The notes below the pieces were generated by a model, which worked only from the letters and a program-made list of their open reading frames with translations, had not been told where the DNA came from and did not search any database. Shown one piece after another: positions 1 to 13,542 of a stretch of DNA of 64,000 bases (its first letter is position 1; every line of letters starts with the position of its first letter). A program made the position numbers and the translations under genes. This DNA is from Chrysomallon squamiferum. Its lineage: Eukaryota > Animalia > Mollusca. The DNA is taken from contig CM022673.1 in the NCBI GenBank assembly GCA_012295275.1, positions 5,394,001-5,458,000 on the forward strand, read 5' to 3'.

Positions 1-170
1 TAAAATGCCTACTTGGAAATCTTATAGGAAAGAGGGAAAAATAAGAAGCGATTCACAAAACATTGGAAATGCGTATTTTATTGCTGTTAAAACTAAGTTT
101 CTAATCCAATTTACTAGAATATTAGAATATTTAGAACAGTCTCTTAAAAAGTTAACGTTTCTCTTTCAAG

Positions 171-323
171 CTGACTAAACTTGGATTTAAAAACATTGAT
201 GGCGTCGATATCTCAGAGGGAATGTTGAACGAAGCGAGAAAGAAAAACGTCTACCAGAAACTGATCTGTCAGTTCCTAGGAGAAAACAAGCTGGGAATCA
301 ACGAACGTAAAGAATATTTATAT

Positions 324-415
<92 letters not shown>

Positions 416-1487
416 TTCACAGAGAAAGCACCAATTAGTGAAGGTATAACTCAGAAAAGTAGTGATTTATAAACAGTTTCTCTATACGACTTTAAAGCTA
501 TCTTATCTTTCTCTGTATATCTCTAAATGTAATTTCTGTGATTTGTATGTGTATTTTTTAAAGGTGTGTACGATGTTGTGACTATCTGCGGAGCTTTTGC
601 GGAAAGTCATTTACCGTGTGCGGCAATAGAAGAACTCATTTCAGTGATAAAACAAGGTTTGTTCATTAATACAAAAAATCTTTAATTATAAGGCAAAAAT
701 TCTTGAGGTCATTTTTGACAAAATTTTGAAATGAGAGATGCAAATAATGCATATTCCTGTTTCACTGTAATTATCATGATTCGTAGATGTGTGATGGTTT
801 TCTTAAGATGTAGAGAAATAACATACTTATGATTGCGGATTTTGAAATGTTTGTTTTTTTTGTTTTGTTTTTTTTGTATATTATTTTTTTCTTGTTTATT
901 TACTTACTCTTGCATTTTTATTTTAATGTAATTTTCTTAATATTTTATATCTATTAATTAATTTTTTTTATGGATATCTTGTCTTTATGTTAATTAATCA
1001 ATTAATTTTTTTTTATTTTTTTTATTCTATTTATCACATCCCGTTTTATTTTATTTTTTTATTACTTATATATTATTTTTGATTATATATAATTATTTTG
1101 TTCGTACATATATTTATTTTTTTATAACTTTGTGTTTTTCATTTAATTATTTATGTATTTATTTTTATTTTCAATTCAGTCCTATTCATTCTTTTGTAAA
1201 TTTTTATTCTACTTAATAAACAGTCAGGACGTTATCGTCATTTGGTTGTTGGTCTGTTTCTTGACCCCAATTTAATCCTGTGCATTGTAAACATTATTTC
1301 AGGAGGGCTGATAATAAATTCAACGAGACAAGAACATTTCGACAACGTTGAAGAATACAAGAAAAATGCCAAACCTCTTTTCCAGAAACTGACAGACGAA
1401 GGAACATGGAAACTGGAAACGGAGAAACACATGACCAATTACATATTCGGAAGAGATGGATTAATGTTGATTCACAGAATTCTGTAA
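171..1487 (+). CDS. METTL27: METTL27/WBSCR27-like class I SAM-dependent methyltransferase, copy 1, last three coding exons (171-306, 564-656, 1303-1487); 5' exons lie upstream of the window
   Basis: Manual splicing at ttcaag|CTG, C|gtaaag, taaag|GT, G|gtttgt and tttcag|GA gives one frame: LTKLGFKNIDGVDISEGMLNEARKKNVYQKLICQFLGENKLGINER-VYDVVTICGAFAESHLPCAAIEELISVIKQG-GLIINSTRQEHF...GRDGLMLIHRIL*. GVDISEGML, YDVV and IKQGG are typical class I methyltransferase motifs. Confidence 0.85.
326..410. repeat. (CT)n microsatellite; others include (CT)n ~2374-2466, (AAT)n ~4107-4160, (GA)n ~5299-5479, (TA)n ~9699-9758, (CA)n ~13390-13540, (ATT)n ~17230-17330
   Basis: Simple repeats read directly; they explain most low-complexity ORFs in the track (SLSL, RERE, YYYY, IIII, CVCV). 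Confidence 0.95.
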
Positions 1488-2371
1488 AAAAAACAACAAC
1501 AAACAATTAACAACCCGGTTATGTGTGTATCTGATACATACAATACTGACAGAAACGTTTTAACGATTCATACTTCTTCAAAAATAGAAGACAGTTGATG
1601 TATACGATTAAAATAAAAGATTAAGTTTTATATAATTTTGATTTGATTGAATTCGTTCATTGAAATACTGCTTTAGAACGCTCAGTACGTAAACAAATAT
1701 ATTAAATGATCTATTTAAAATTAATATATGTGTATCTATATCTATTGCTATAGCTATAGCTATCTATCAATATACATATATACATACATATATATTCTAG
1801 TAAACTGGAGTAGAAACTTAGTTTAACAGTTAGCAATAAAAATGTATTTTCCATGTTGATGAATCATTTCATATTTTTCTTTTCCCCTCTTCATTCCATA
1901 AGATTTCCAAGTAGTTATTTTAAGTACTGTAGTACTGTTCAGTGTTATGATATATATAATATATATATATATAATCTTCGCAACCAGAACAAACATATGA
2001 ATGCTTCTACACATATATATAAAAATAATATTTTGTCTTCTCCTTTTTTGCTTTTAACCATGTTTATCCACACCCTTGTTGATAAAACAATCAACATGAA
2101 TAAGACTTGACATGACAAAACAATTCGACAAACAAATATATTACAAAAATGAGTGACATTAAATGACAAAACGAGTAACATTTAGTATCACCTAACAAGC
2201 TTGCAGCGTTTAAAAATTCTGAGGGAGTTTTATTGCCTTGGTGATCTCTCACATAAAAACGTGTATATAAATATCAAGATTCATCTTTTTCCAAGCTATT
2301 GTAACTTATAGTAAAATAGGGTCCGGAGACCTTTTGTCTTTCTTCAGTAACTTTCAGTGTATCTGTGTTTC

Positions 2372-2469
<98 letters not shown>

Positions 2470-2519
2470 TGGGAAAATGAATAATAATAATAATAATAAT
2501 GACGATGATGATGATAATG

Positions 2520-2550
<31 letters not shown>

Positions 2551-3001
2551 AAAGAAGAAGAAGAAGAAAATCTGTTAGATAAAATAATATAAACGGAAAT
2601 TCTTAAATTTAGTCGTTTTGTCGCCATATAAAACTCAACAGATTTCTGAGATGCTGTTTTTATATTAAAACACACACGCATACATACACGTACGCACAAA
2701 ACGGAGTAAAAACATGAAGTACTGAAGTGTAACTGTACAGTTATGAATACATGAACAAACTGTTAGAATAGATGTGCGTGTGTGTGCATGCGCGTAATTG
2801 TAAAAAAACAAACAAAAAAACAACAACAACTAAAAACAACAACATTTGTCAATAATAAATTATGTGCTCCCATACTTACTACAGGTTTTTTTATTATTAT
2901 TATTATTATTGTTGTTGTTGTTGTTGTTGTGATGTTTTTTCTTTTTCAAAAAACCTATAAATTATGAAAATTTATAGCCATTGACTTTTAGGTATTCTTT
3001 T

Positions 3002-3040
<39 letters not shown>

Positions 3041-4105
3041 ACACACAAACACACAAAATAGAAGTAATAATTATTATTATTATAACACGGATAACGATGG
3101 TGATTATGATCTTGCTGATGAAAATATCAGTAGGCTAGACAAATGGAAAAAAAATCAAAAAGAAAATATAATTATGAAATGAACGGACGAATAATAATAA
3201 TAGCAACAGTAATAATAATAACAATAAAACAAAACGTCAATAATTATAATAAATAGTAATAATAATAACAACAACAACAAGAAGATAATATTAATAATAA
3301 TTATTTATTTATTTATTTGTTTATTTATTTAATGCAGTTCAAAAAGAAATGTCTTATAGTTTTAAATTTCACTTTATTACATTACGTAATTTTTGAACGT
3401 TAATTTGTATCATGATTTTTTTTTAGCTGTCCATAAACTTTGTCTTTACATCCGACTCAAATGCTATTTAGTATAACAGCATTACTGTTTCTTTTTTTCT
3501 TTTTTTATTGCTTAGTTTAAAACATTATTTTCTCACGAATTACATGTATCATTCATCACTTAGATTTATTACTCTCTGTCCCAGTTTTATAAATGTTTAA
3601 TGTTTAAATATTTAGTGTCGTAACATAATTTACATGTAATTTGCATTCGGTGAAATAAATTAATATATGTCCGGATAATTTTTTCAAGGTAATAAACTAA
3701 TTCTGTTACGTATTTTTAAACAAGCTGAAGAAAAGATTAACTGTTCTCAGTGGCTACTAAATCTTATTATTTTCAATTTTTAAATACGTATGTTCAAACT
3801 GGTCCAACGCTGAGAAAGGGGGTAGCGTTTTGACGTGTATCATTGCGCGACACAAACACTTTGCGTATTGGAAAGTTTAGTTCAGTAAGGATTGAACTGA
3901 ATACACTGTGAATGAGCTCTGCTATAGCTTTTTATTGTCTAGGCATTGAATTTAACAGAACTACCAGCTAGAAAGTATTCTTTAACTTTTTCTAAACAGC
4001 AATCTTTCTGAAGAATCAGACTAAAATGACATCTTCAAAACTTTCATACGTGTACTGACCTAAGATTAGACACAGGCATTGAGAAAAGTGTGTAAGATAG
4101 AATTG

Positions 4106-4163
<58 letters not shown>

Positions 4164-5370
4164 CAACAATAAGTATATAATAATAATGATGATGACATTT
4201 ACAACATCAACGTGCCAGAAATTGTTTCCTTTGTTTGTTCATCTTTACTAGTACAAGAAGGTAAAGGGCGCAAGTACATTTGATTTAATGCCCGCACTTT
4301 CAAATGAATCATTCGTTAAACCCAACAGAGCGAAATACATGAAAAAAGAAATCGCTGTGATAATACTACATTTTAAATTTAAACGAGTTCATTTGCATAT
4401 TCGTGATGGTAAAAATAAATGGTGGTAAAAATAAACTAATGAGAAGTAAAGCTCTGCAGATATAAACTTTTCATGATGATAGACAAAAATACCATTAGAA
4501 TTTTTTCTCAAACGTTTGTTTTTCAGACAGACAGACTCAAAGTATTTGACCCTTAGGCAAAATAGTTTAGATAAAAGTCTCTTATGGCATAGAGAGACAT
4601 TTGTTAAACTGTTTATAGAATTCTGTGGATGAACATTATTCAAGCTCGACCAAATATGTAGTTAGGTTTAAAAAAGAAATTGTAATAAAAAATGTACGAC
4701 AAATATTTGACGAACATAATAAAAATATTTTTTGAAATTAAAATTAATAATAATAAAAAAAGAAACAAAATAAATAAAGTGAAAAACAAAAATCTATATC
4801 AGCAATTAAAAACTAAAGCGTTGAACAATAACACGTGTGTGTGGCGCGTGTGTGTATATGTGTGTGTGCGCGCGCGCTTATATCAAATATCGAAGTAAAT
4901 ATAGTTCCGTTCCAAAAAGATTTACTTTTTGTTAGTGACCGAAAATATAAAAATATATCTAGTCATCCTATATTCCCAGTATTTATAGTTATTACAACGA
5001 AAAAATAATTTAGCTGTTCTCAGTAATATATATGTTTTTGTTTAATATGAATATATATTTAATTTAATTTAATTTAATTTAATTTAATTTTATTTTATTT
5101 AATTTTATTTAATTTAATTTTATTTTTTAATTATCTATTTATTTATTTATATTTGATCTTTTTTTAATTTTAATTTTTAAATATTTATGTGTGTGCGTGC
5201 GTGTGTGTGTGTATGTGTATATGTTTGTGTGTGTTTGTTTTAACAACATTTTTACGTTCGTTTACAAAATGCACAACAAAATTAATGACATACTATTTGA
5301 GAGAGGGGGGAGAGAGAGAGGGGGGAGAGTAAGAGAGAGAGAGAGAGAGATAGAGGGAGAGAGAGAGAGG

Positions 5371-5480
<110 letters not shown>

Positions 5481-6819
5481 AAACCAGAGGCTATTGCTTA
5501 ATAAGTTTGTTCTTGAAAAATAAAACAAAAAAGGTAAATAAATAAATAAATAACAATGAAATAAAATACAAAGGGGAAAAACTCCGTGCTACTTGTTTTA
5601 CAAGAGTTATTTTTCTCATTATTAGCCTTCAATAATCGAAGCCGTCAGTATTTATTTATTGATTGATCTTTTATTATTATTTTATTATTATTATTATTTT
5701 ATATTTTGTATTGTTATAATGTTAAAGCCAGTCGATGAATACACTGGCGTTGAGTTATGTTAGGCTATCAAATTAAATTTAAAGCGATTTCGTGAATACA
5801 TTTTCTATCACCGAGAAAACATATTAGACTAGCTCCTTTATGCTTCACGATTCATGATTGAATTAACAACGTGAAATTAGAAGAAAAAAATCCTTTATAA
5901 ACTAATATATTTGTGACAGAGAAAAGAATAACTGAGTATTAAATTGGAGAACTTATAAGTAAGTAAGTAAATAAACAAATAAAATTATCATAAATTCTAT
6001 AATTGATTAATTGAAATCTGACGGTACAAAATAACTTAAAAGACTGAGCCATTGGGCTTTTATACGTTCACACTTTTTCACAAATAATGTATAAAATAAA
6101 GTTTTCATAACACACGGAAAAATCCCATGACAGATTTTTTTGCATTTAATTATATTGACATTACTTTTCATATCTGGGTTCTTTTCTATTCATAAATAAA
6201 ATCTGAAATTTTTGTGGAAACTTGGTTCAGGTAATTTTTAACACTACTATCTAAAATTTTTGTTATACCGAAGACACGAATAAATCGCTTTTTAATTTAA
6301 CGATATCGTCATAATTGGTCGAAATGTCAGTTGGTCGTAAAGTAAGTACCTGTCTGTTACGTAGACACTGTGTTATTGTTACCTGTGTAGCTAATGAACT
6401 CACTCGTCAACTGAGTAAACTAATCCATCCTTTACGAATCTCTGACATTAATTACAGCTTACACTTTTATTTTAAATATACTGTGATAAAGACACAAGCT
6501 AACTTGTGTTACGCAATACTATATGTTAGTTATTGTTACAAATTATAAGTCAGCGTTTCCAAGCTTGCGTCTGTTATGAATAATCGATTAACACGTACAA
6601 AATTATCAGTCTTCTATACCTCGTCTTTGTCAGTCTATTTATATGCGGAATAGTTTATCATCCCTGACCTCTTAATACTCGGGAAAAAAATGGAAGACGA
6701 TGGAAGTTATTTTTGTTATAATCTTTTCAAAAATTACATTTACTGTTCCAAGAATGGCTGGTTTGTGAATGGTAGGATTTGTGTGCAGCCAGGTCGTGGA
6801 AAACAACAAGTTTTGTTAG

Positions 6820-7750
6820 ATGGCTGGCGGTAAGTACAGTCAAAATAGCATTAATGTAGAAGCACCAAAGGACACTATAAAGACAAGGTCTCTGAATAAT
6901 GAAACTACAATCAAGCTTGTTGGTACATTGAGAAAGACAACACGACCCGAAACCACTGATCGTCAATTCCGACCTGATGAAGGCAGCAGACCTGTACATC
7001 CTCGATATCCTTCCTTTTCCCAGCCTCAAGAGTCCCACGTACAGACAGCAACGAAGCATGGTGCCTGCTCCCCACAGCAGACATTCCAAGACGTTGTTCT
7101 GCAGAGTCTCTGGTCTGAAACGTACGATGACAAGAGATTCTTGTTATTCAGTGATGCAGATAAGATGTTGTCCGGGGATCGTTTCTCCACGTAGCGGTTA
7201 AGATTTGCATGGATGGTACGTTGACCTGATGTCAACACTTCTGGAACCAAATCTAGCCGGATGGTACATGAAGAACCTGAATGAGAAGAGCTGCCAATCT
7301 GCTGCTATTTCTGATGGAAAAGATCCAGATCAAGTGGTTTGGTGCGAAGGGGATCAACTCCAGCAGCACCCAGAGACGCTGAACTCAGTGATTACGTGGT
7401 GAGAACACAGTGGACGATGACGCGAGGTTTCCTGTTTGTGTTTGGAATCACTTCACCAACGTCTGTCCAAGAACGAACACTTTGAACCTTGAAAAAAATG
7501 AACGTGCTAATCAGAGCAAGCTGTTGTGAAGCACGTCTACGACGGGCACGCTTTCTGACAGATCTGGAAGGTTTTTATAGGCAGCTTCCTCGTCGACATC
7601 CCAGCACGTACAGATTTGTAGATTTGATCAACAGAGGAACGTGAAAGATCACAGTTAGTACAGGAGCAGCACGACCACCGAGGATATGAATTTATGGACA
7701 ACTCTACGACAGAGTTCGTCGCCTCAGGTAGCAGCTTAGTGACCGAAACA
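6820..7750 (+). mobile_element. Degenerate Mutator-like (MULE) DNA transposon, transposase relic
   Basis: Frame-shifted + strand translation gives MULE-type motifs in the expected order: LPFPSLKSPTYRQQRSMVP, PQQTFQDVVLQSLWSETYDDKRFLLFSD, ICMDGT..HFWNQI (first catalytic D, ~7209-7220), SDYVVRT..DDDARFPVCVWNHFTNVCPRTN (~7385-7480), LPRRHPSTYRFVDLI (~7585-7630). Multiple stops and frameshifts; GC higher than flanks. Confidence 0.7.
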
Positions 7751-7768
7751 TGTGTTATTTTATGTGTG

Positions 7769-8858
7769 AGCGTTAACGTTGTGATTTAGAAATAATTCTT
7801 GTATTGCCAATAAAGCGTTAACTTTGTGATGCCGAAATAATTCTTGTATTGCCAATAAAGCGTTAACGTTGTGATTTAGAAATAATTCTTGTATTGCCAA
7901 TAAAGCGTTAACTTTGTGATGCCGAAATAATTCTTGTATTGCCAATAAAGCGTTAACTTTGTGATGCCGAAATAATTCTTGTATTGACAATAAAGCGTTA
8001 ACTTTGTGATGCAGAAATCATTCTTGTATTGACAGTAAAGCGTTAACTTTGTGATGCAGAAATAATTCTTGTATTGACAATAAAGCGTTAACTTTGTGAT
8101 GCCATAATAATTCTTGTATTGACAATAAAGCGTTAACTTTGTGATGCCATAATAATTCTTGTATTGACAATAAAGCGTTAACTTTGTGATGCCGAAATAA
8201 TTCTTGTATTGACAATAAAGCGTTAACTTTGTGATGCCATAATAATTCTTGTATTGACAATAAAGCGTTAACTTTGTGATGCAGAAATCATTCTTGTATT
8301 GACAATAAAGCGTTAACTTTGTGATTTAGAAATAATTCTTGTATTGACAATAAAGCGTTAACTTTGTGATGCCATAATAATTCTTGTATTGACAATAAAG
8401 CGTTAACTTTGTGATGCAGAAATCATTCTTGTATTGACAATAAAGCGTTAACTTTGTGATTTAGAAATAATTCTTGTATTGACAATAAAGCGTTAACTTT
8501 GTGATGCCATAATAATTCTTGTATTGACAATAAAGCGTTAACGTTGTGATTTAGAAATAATTCTTGCATTGACAATAAAGCGTTAACTTTGTGATGCCGA
8601 AATAATTCTTGCATTGACAATAAAGCGTTAACTTTGTGATGCAGAAATAATTCTTGCATTGACAATAAAGCGTTAACTTTGTGATGCAGAAATAATTCTT
8701 GCATTGACAATAAAGCGTTAACTTTGTGATGCCGAAATAATTCTTGCATTGACAATAAAGCGTTAACTTTGTGATGCAGAAATAATTCTTGCATTGACAA
8801 TAAAGCGTTAACTTTGTGATGCAGAAATAATTCTTGCATTGACAATAAAGCATTAACT
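7769..8858. repeat. 45-bp minisatellite, 24 units (consensus AGCGTTAACTTTGTGATGCAGAAATAATTCTTGTATTGACAATAA)
   Basis: Unit starts at 7769 and 8849 are exactly 24x45 apart; the ORF track shows a 15-aa periodicity (IQELFRHHKVNALLS). Confidence 0.95.
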
Positions 8859-9694
8859 TATCTAATTTAATCTTATAATTAACATTTTTTAGATGCAGAC
8901 CTTCTTATTTAATTATTTAAATGGTCGGTTACAAACAAATCCGGAACAGTTCATTCATATAGTGACTGATGTAACAACATTAATATACATAAGTCTACTG
9001 AACTATATCTGTTGTTGTTTTAGCAGTTGGACTAATCGGAAATTGGATCAAAGGGGATTAAGTTATTATAACACGTATTATGACTTCCCGTTACTCTCAG
9101 AGATCTATATTTTATCATGAAAATGTCCATTCGCAATTTCTACCTGGCGTAAACGTAACTGATATCTTACAGTTTTTAAATTTTATTATTATTATTATTT
9201 TTTTAAATTAAATTTATAAATATACTTCAGTGTGTTTTATCGGTGGGTTGGGGTTTTTTTTTGTTGTTGTTGTTGTTGTTGTTTTTGCTTTTACCCTCCC
9301 CCCCCCCCGCCCGAAGAAAATAAATAAATATAACTCAGAGTTAAATGCATTTTATAATATTTAATCCTAAACCATGTTTTATAGGTGGTAAACACATTCT
9401 GAATTGCATTTTTAGTAAACAAACGAGACATATTGTATTTCTTCATCTTTCTTCATATATATATATATATATATATATATTTTCATATATAAACAGACTG
9501 GGTTTATGACTGTATTTACATATCTTACCTACTAATCCATTTACATAGTTAAAACAACACAATTTATAGCATCGATGAACTAAGTCGTTGTACTTGAATT
9601 TTTTAAATAATTGTTTTGAAAGCATTATACTTAAAATTACACTGAATTTTAATTATTTGTAATCACATATATCTTAACATTTCTTAAAATTCAA

Positions 9695-9762
<68 letters not shown>

Positions 9763-10016
9763 AATACAATAACGACTTTGCTAAAAACGATACCGTCTTT
9801 CTCCCTATTTTCCTTAAAAAATAAAAAATGTATTTATTTATTTTTATAACGAAAATGTTAGTCTGTAATTTTATTAACCGTAATACAGTTAAAACAGAAA
9901 CTTTGAGTCACAAACGTATTGAACCAGTCTTAGCCGAACTCGTTCACTGTATAAAGACAGCCATGCTCCTTTGTTTGCTTCGCGCAGTTGTTTGTAGGTA
10001 ACTGCGCTATCGTAAC

Positions 10017-10065
10017 GACCAATCAGTCTTTCCTGAACCAGTTGTGAATAGGTTAAATATAAAAG
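10017..10065 (+). promoter_or_regulatory. Candidate Pol II core promoter of the membrane-protein gene: CCAAT box (GACCAATCAG, 10017-10026) and TATA box (TATAAAAG, 10058-10065); also at 48542-48590
   Basis: Consensus NF-Y and TATA motifs with plausible spacing ~190 bp upstream of the ATG at 10253; identical in both versions. Confidence 0.45.
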
Positions 10066-10252
10066 CAATTAACAGCGTAGCAGTAATTGTCAGGCGTATT
10101 TACTTCACGCGGCATATTGAATATGGATTTAAAGAAAGCTAGTGTGTTGTCAGTCGGGTTACTATTATTTCGTTCAGAGATCGGATTGTAGATTCGTGAC
10201 CTCGACCTTTGTGTGGCTCTGGTTTATCAAAGGAAGCATGCCATACTGCTAG

Positions 10253-10816
10253 ATGAAGTCAGTACACAGCTATCTCTATGGATTTCTTCTGCTTTTATCA
10301 TTGCTTCAGGTAAGTGAGATTTCGTTAATTCTTCTAGGTTAAGATCTTCAGATTTCCGTTTTTAAAAGTTAAGACTGAAGAAGGTAATCAAAGTAATTTT
10401 TGTGCGCTTAGTGAATACAAGTTGCAAATTCAGCAAAAACAAAATCAACAACAACAACAGCAACAACAATGAAATAAAAAAAAAATAAAAAAAATAAATA
10501 AATAAAAATAAAATATATTAAATAATAAAAAAAGGGTGTTTTATATTGTGTTATATTTGTATATGTTGCAAAGCAATCACTACATCAGTGAAAACTAATG
10601 AATAACACTTCGGAAGAGAGAGAAGCAGTTAAAATCATAATGAGAATAATAATCACAACGTATTCATTTGTTGACATTTATAATTAATCAAGGCTCGAAA
10701 AAAGCAAATAAGAAAAAAAGGAACAGGTAATTAGACTACAATTCGAATTTTGTTTATTTATTTTTTATTACGCCTATGGGTGCCGAAAACAAAAATAAAA
10801 ATAAATTAAAAGATAA

Positions 10817-10877
<61 letters not shown>

Positions 10878-11725
10878 CAATTACTATAATTAACTTTATT
10901 ATATAACTAGGTACCGAAACCAAATTAAACATTATAAGCTGTAAATCTGTAGACATAGCTGTGTCTGTCTTTCCTGCCAAACACTCAGTTAAAAACTGAA
11001 TGTATGTGACTCAGTTTTAAACAGTTACACATATTCTTCCTTCTAAAATATTTCCTATCACACACATGCCCTAACCCCCACTCCCCCCCCCAAAAAAAAA
11101 AACCCCACCAAAACAACCCACGATAAATATTTCCAAAATAGTGTTGTTTTTGTTTCCTTTATAAAAAAATAACACAAAAAACCCACACATGTACATACAT
11201 GTATATGAATGATAAAGCTGTGACTCATGAATAAAATTAATTAAGGAAACTAAACATTCTGTTAATTATTTATTATTTTCCTCCGAGCGTTGCACGTTTT
11301 GGTAAGCTCACGAGGCGAGAGAAGTTGACGTCAGAAACAGTGAAGACAACAGTGAACCATTAACTGACAGTAAAACATTTCGCAAGACTGCGGTAACCAA
11401 GACACTCGAATCGACAGTCGTGACACGCAGTTTTCAATACAAAGACTGGTATTAACTGGTCAGATACGCTTGACTGAGCTTCGTCTCTTTCAACATGGCA
11501 ATAAAATAAGAGCAGCGACTGATGAATGAATGAATGAATAAATAAATAAATAAATAAATAAATAAATTAATTAATTAATTAATTAAATTAAATTAATTAA
11601 ATTAAATTAAATTAAATTAAATCAAATTAAATCAAAATCAAATCAAATCATGTCAAATCAAATAAATAAATAAAACTAAATTAAATTAAATAAATCAAAT
11701 CAAATCAAATCAAATAAATAAATAA

Positions 11726-11760
<35 letters not shown>

Positions 11761-12167
11761 AAAAAATCAAATCAAATAAGTAAATAAAGAAATAAAGAAA
11801 AAAAATAACGTCAATAACAACAACAACGGCAGCAGCAACAACAACAAAAACAATAACAATAAATATAATAAATAAATAAATAAAAATAATAAAGGTCGAT
11901 CAACAAAACCATTCTGCTAAATAAAAGCAACGAAGCAGATCTGTGTTACTAATTATATTTCGGCATAGCAACCTAACAATAACATGCGCAAACTGTTCTC
12001 ACTCGCCTGATCGATACTGGATTTCCACGGGTTAGCTCGCCTTTGTATTTCAGCTGTAGTTTGTAAAATGTCAAACTGATCTAAGAAAAGAAATTGCATG
12101 CCGACAGAGTGGTATAATTAGTTTGTGTTCTCTACATCATCAAGTACATTATTTATTTTATTTTATT

Positions 12168-12198
<31 letters not shown>

Positions 12199-12990
12199 TT
12201 ATTTATTTATTTTATTTTATTTTATTTTATTTACTTATTTATTTATTTTATTTTATTTTATTTTATTTTATTTTATTTTATTTTATTATTTATTTTATTT
12301 TATTTTATTTTATTTATTTATTTATTTATTTATGTATTTTTTGTTTATTTATTTGTTTACAACAACAACAACAAAAAAAAAAAACCCTCGAAAAACAACC
12401 TAATAAATAAATAAATAAACATTTCTCTTTTTTTTTTCCTCTTTTTTTTTTTAATGTGGAAATGTAGCAAAGTCACATATCCCATTTCCGAAAACTTCCT
12501 GATATGGTGTAACCATAAGAAACTGTGAGGCTGGTTTGTGATAAGCTACTAGCTACATGCGGATAGCACGTTGCAAGCGTTCACGTTTCAATAAAATACG
12601 ATAAACACAAGAGTGAGTCTGTCCGCATTTAAAACGTGCACCCGTGTGGTTAACGATACATGCATAAACTCGGCCTTTTATTTAAATGAGTTTGTTTAAC
12701 TTACTGAAAAGAATTTGTAAACTTCCAGTGGGGTAGCGTGGGTGGGGCACACCATTCTTGGGTTCACTAATGCACTAATGGAAGGGACTCGGGGATTGGG
12801 GGTGCAATACATTTGCATTGCCTTAGCAGCTGGTGAACTCTCTAGCACATTCATATGCACGTACTATACAATCTTCTTCTTTTTCAAACCCGTTCATACT
12901 CCGTCTACTATTAGATCGAACCCAATGAGCTAACTTCGCTTTGTTCTTCAGCACAATGATGTATTGCTTCTCTTGATTTTTTATTAATAT

Positions 12991-13025
<35 letters not shown>

Positions 13026-13507
13026 TTTGTTGATCTGGCATTTTTATTAACGATCTGCTACGTATTGGCTTAAGCTTTACAAACATTTTTTTTTTTTTTT
13101 TAAATTCTCAATCTCATCTATGATCCTAATCTTACCTGCAAACAAAATTGTCATATATGAAAATAACGTTAGATTATGTTGTTGGTTTTTTTGGAATGAA
13201 TAATAGGCTGAAAGCTTCTGATGTCTGCAAGTCTAGTTGTCCCACTCTCCACTTCGTGTAAAGCAAATATGTGACTTACTGAATAACGCTGTAACGGTTG
13301 TATGTTGTGTGTTTATGTCTCTTCCTATATCAATGACAAAAATAATGTATCATTATCTGTAAACATTGATGACTTACATGACACACCCACAAACACACAC
13401 ACACAGACACACACACACACGCATATGCACACGCACACGAACACACACACATATAAACACACAAACACACACACACACAAACACATACACACACGCACAC
13501 ACACATA

Positions 13508-13542
<35 letters not shown>

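Noticed and set aside
7769-8858. CRISPR array or repeat-protein ORFs (IQELFRHHKVNALLS)n
   Set aside because: Units are head-to-tail with no unique spacers, no cas genes and a eukaryotic context; ORFs are broken by TGA variants and the other version has only 3 units.
12700-12960. GC-richer intronic patch with a minus-strand GGGTTCGATC (B-box-like), possible SINE or tRNA relic
   Set aside because: No cloverleaf, A-box, tail or target duplication could be established; needs a repeat-library search.
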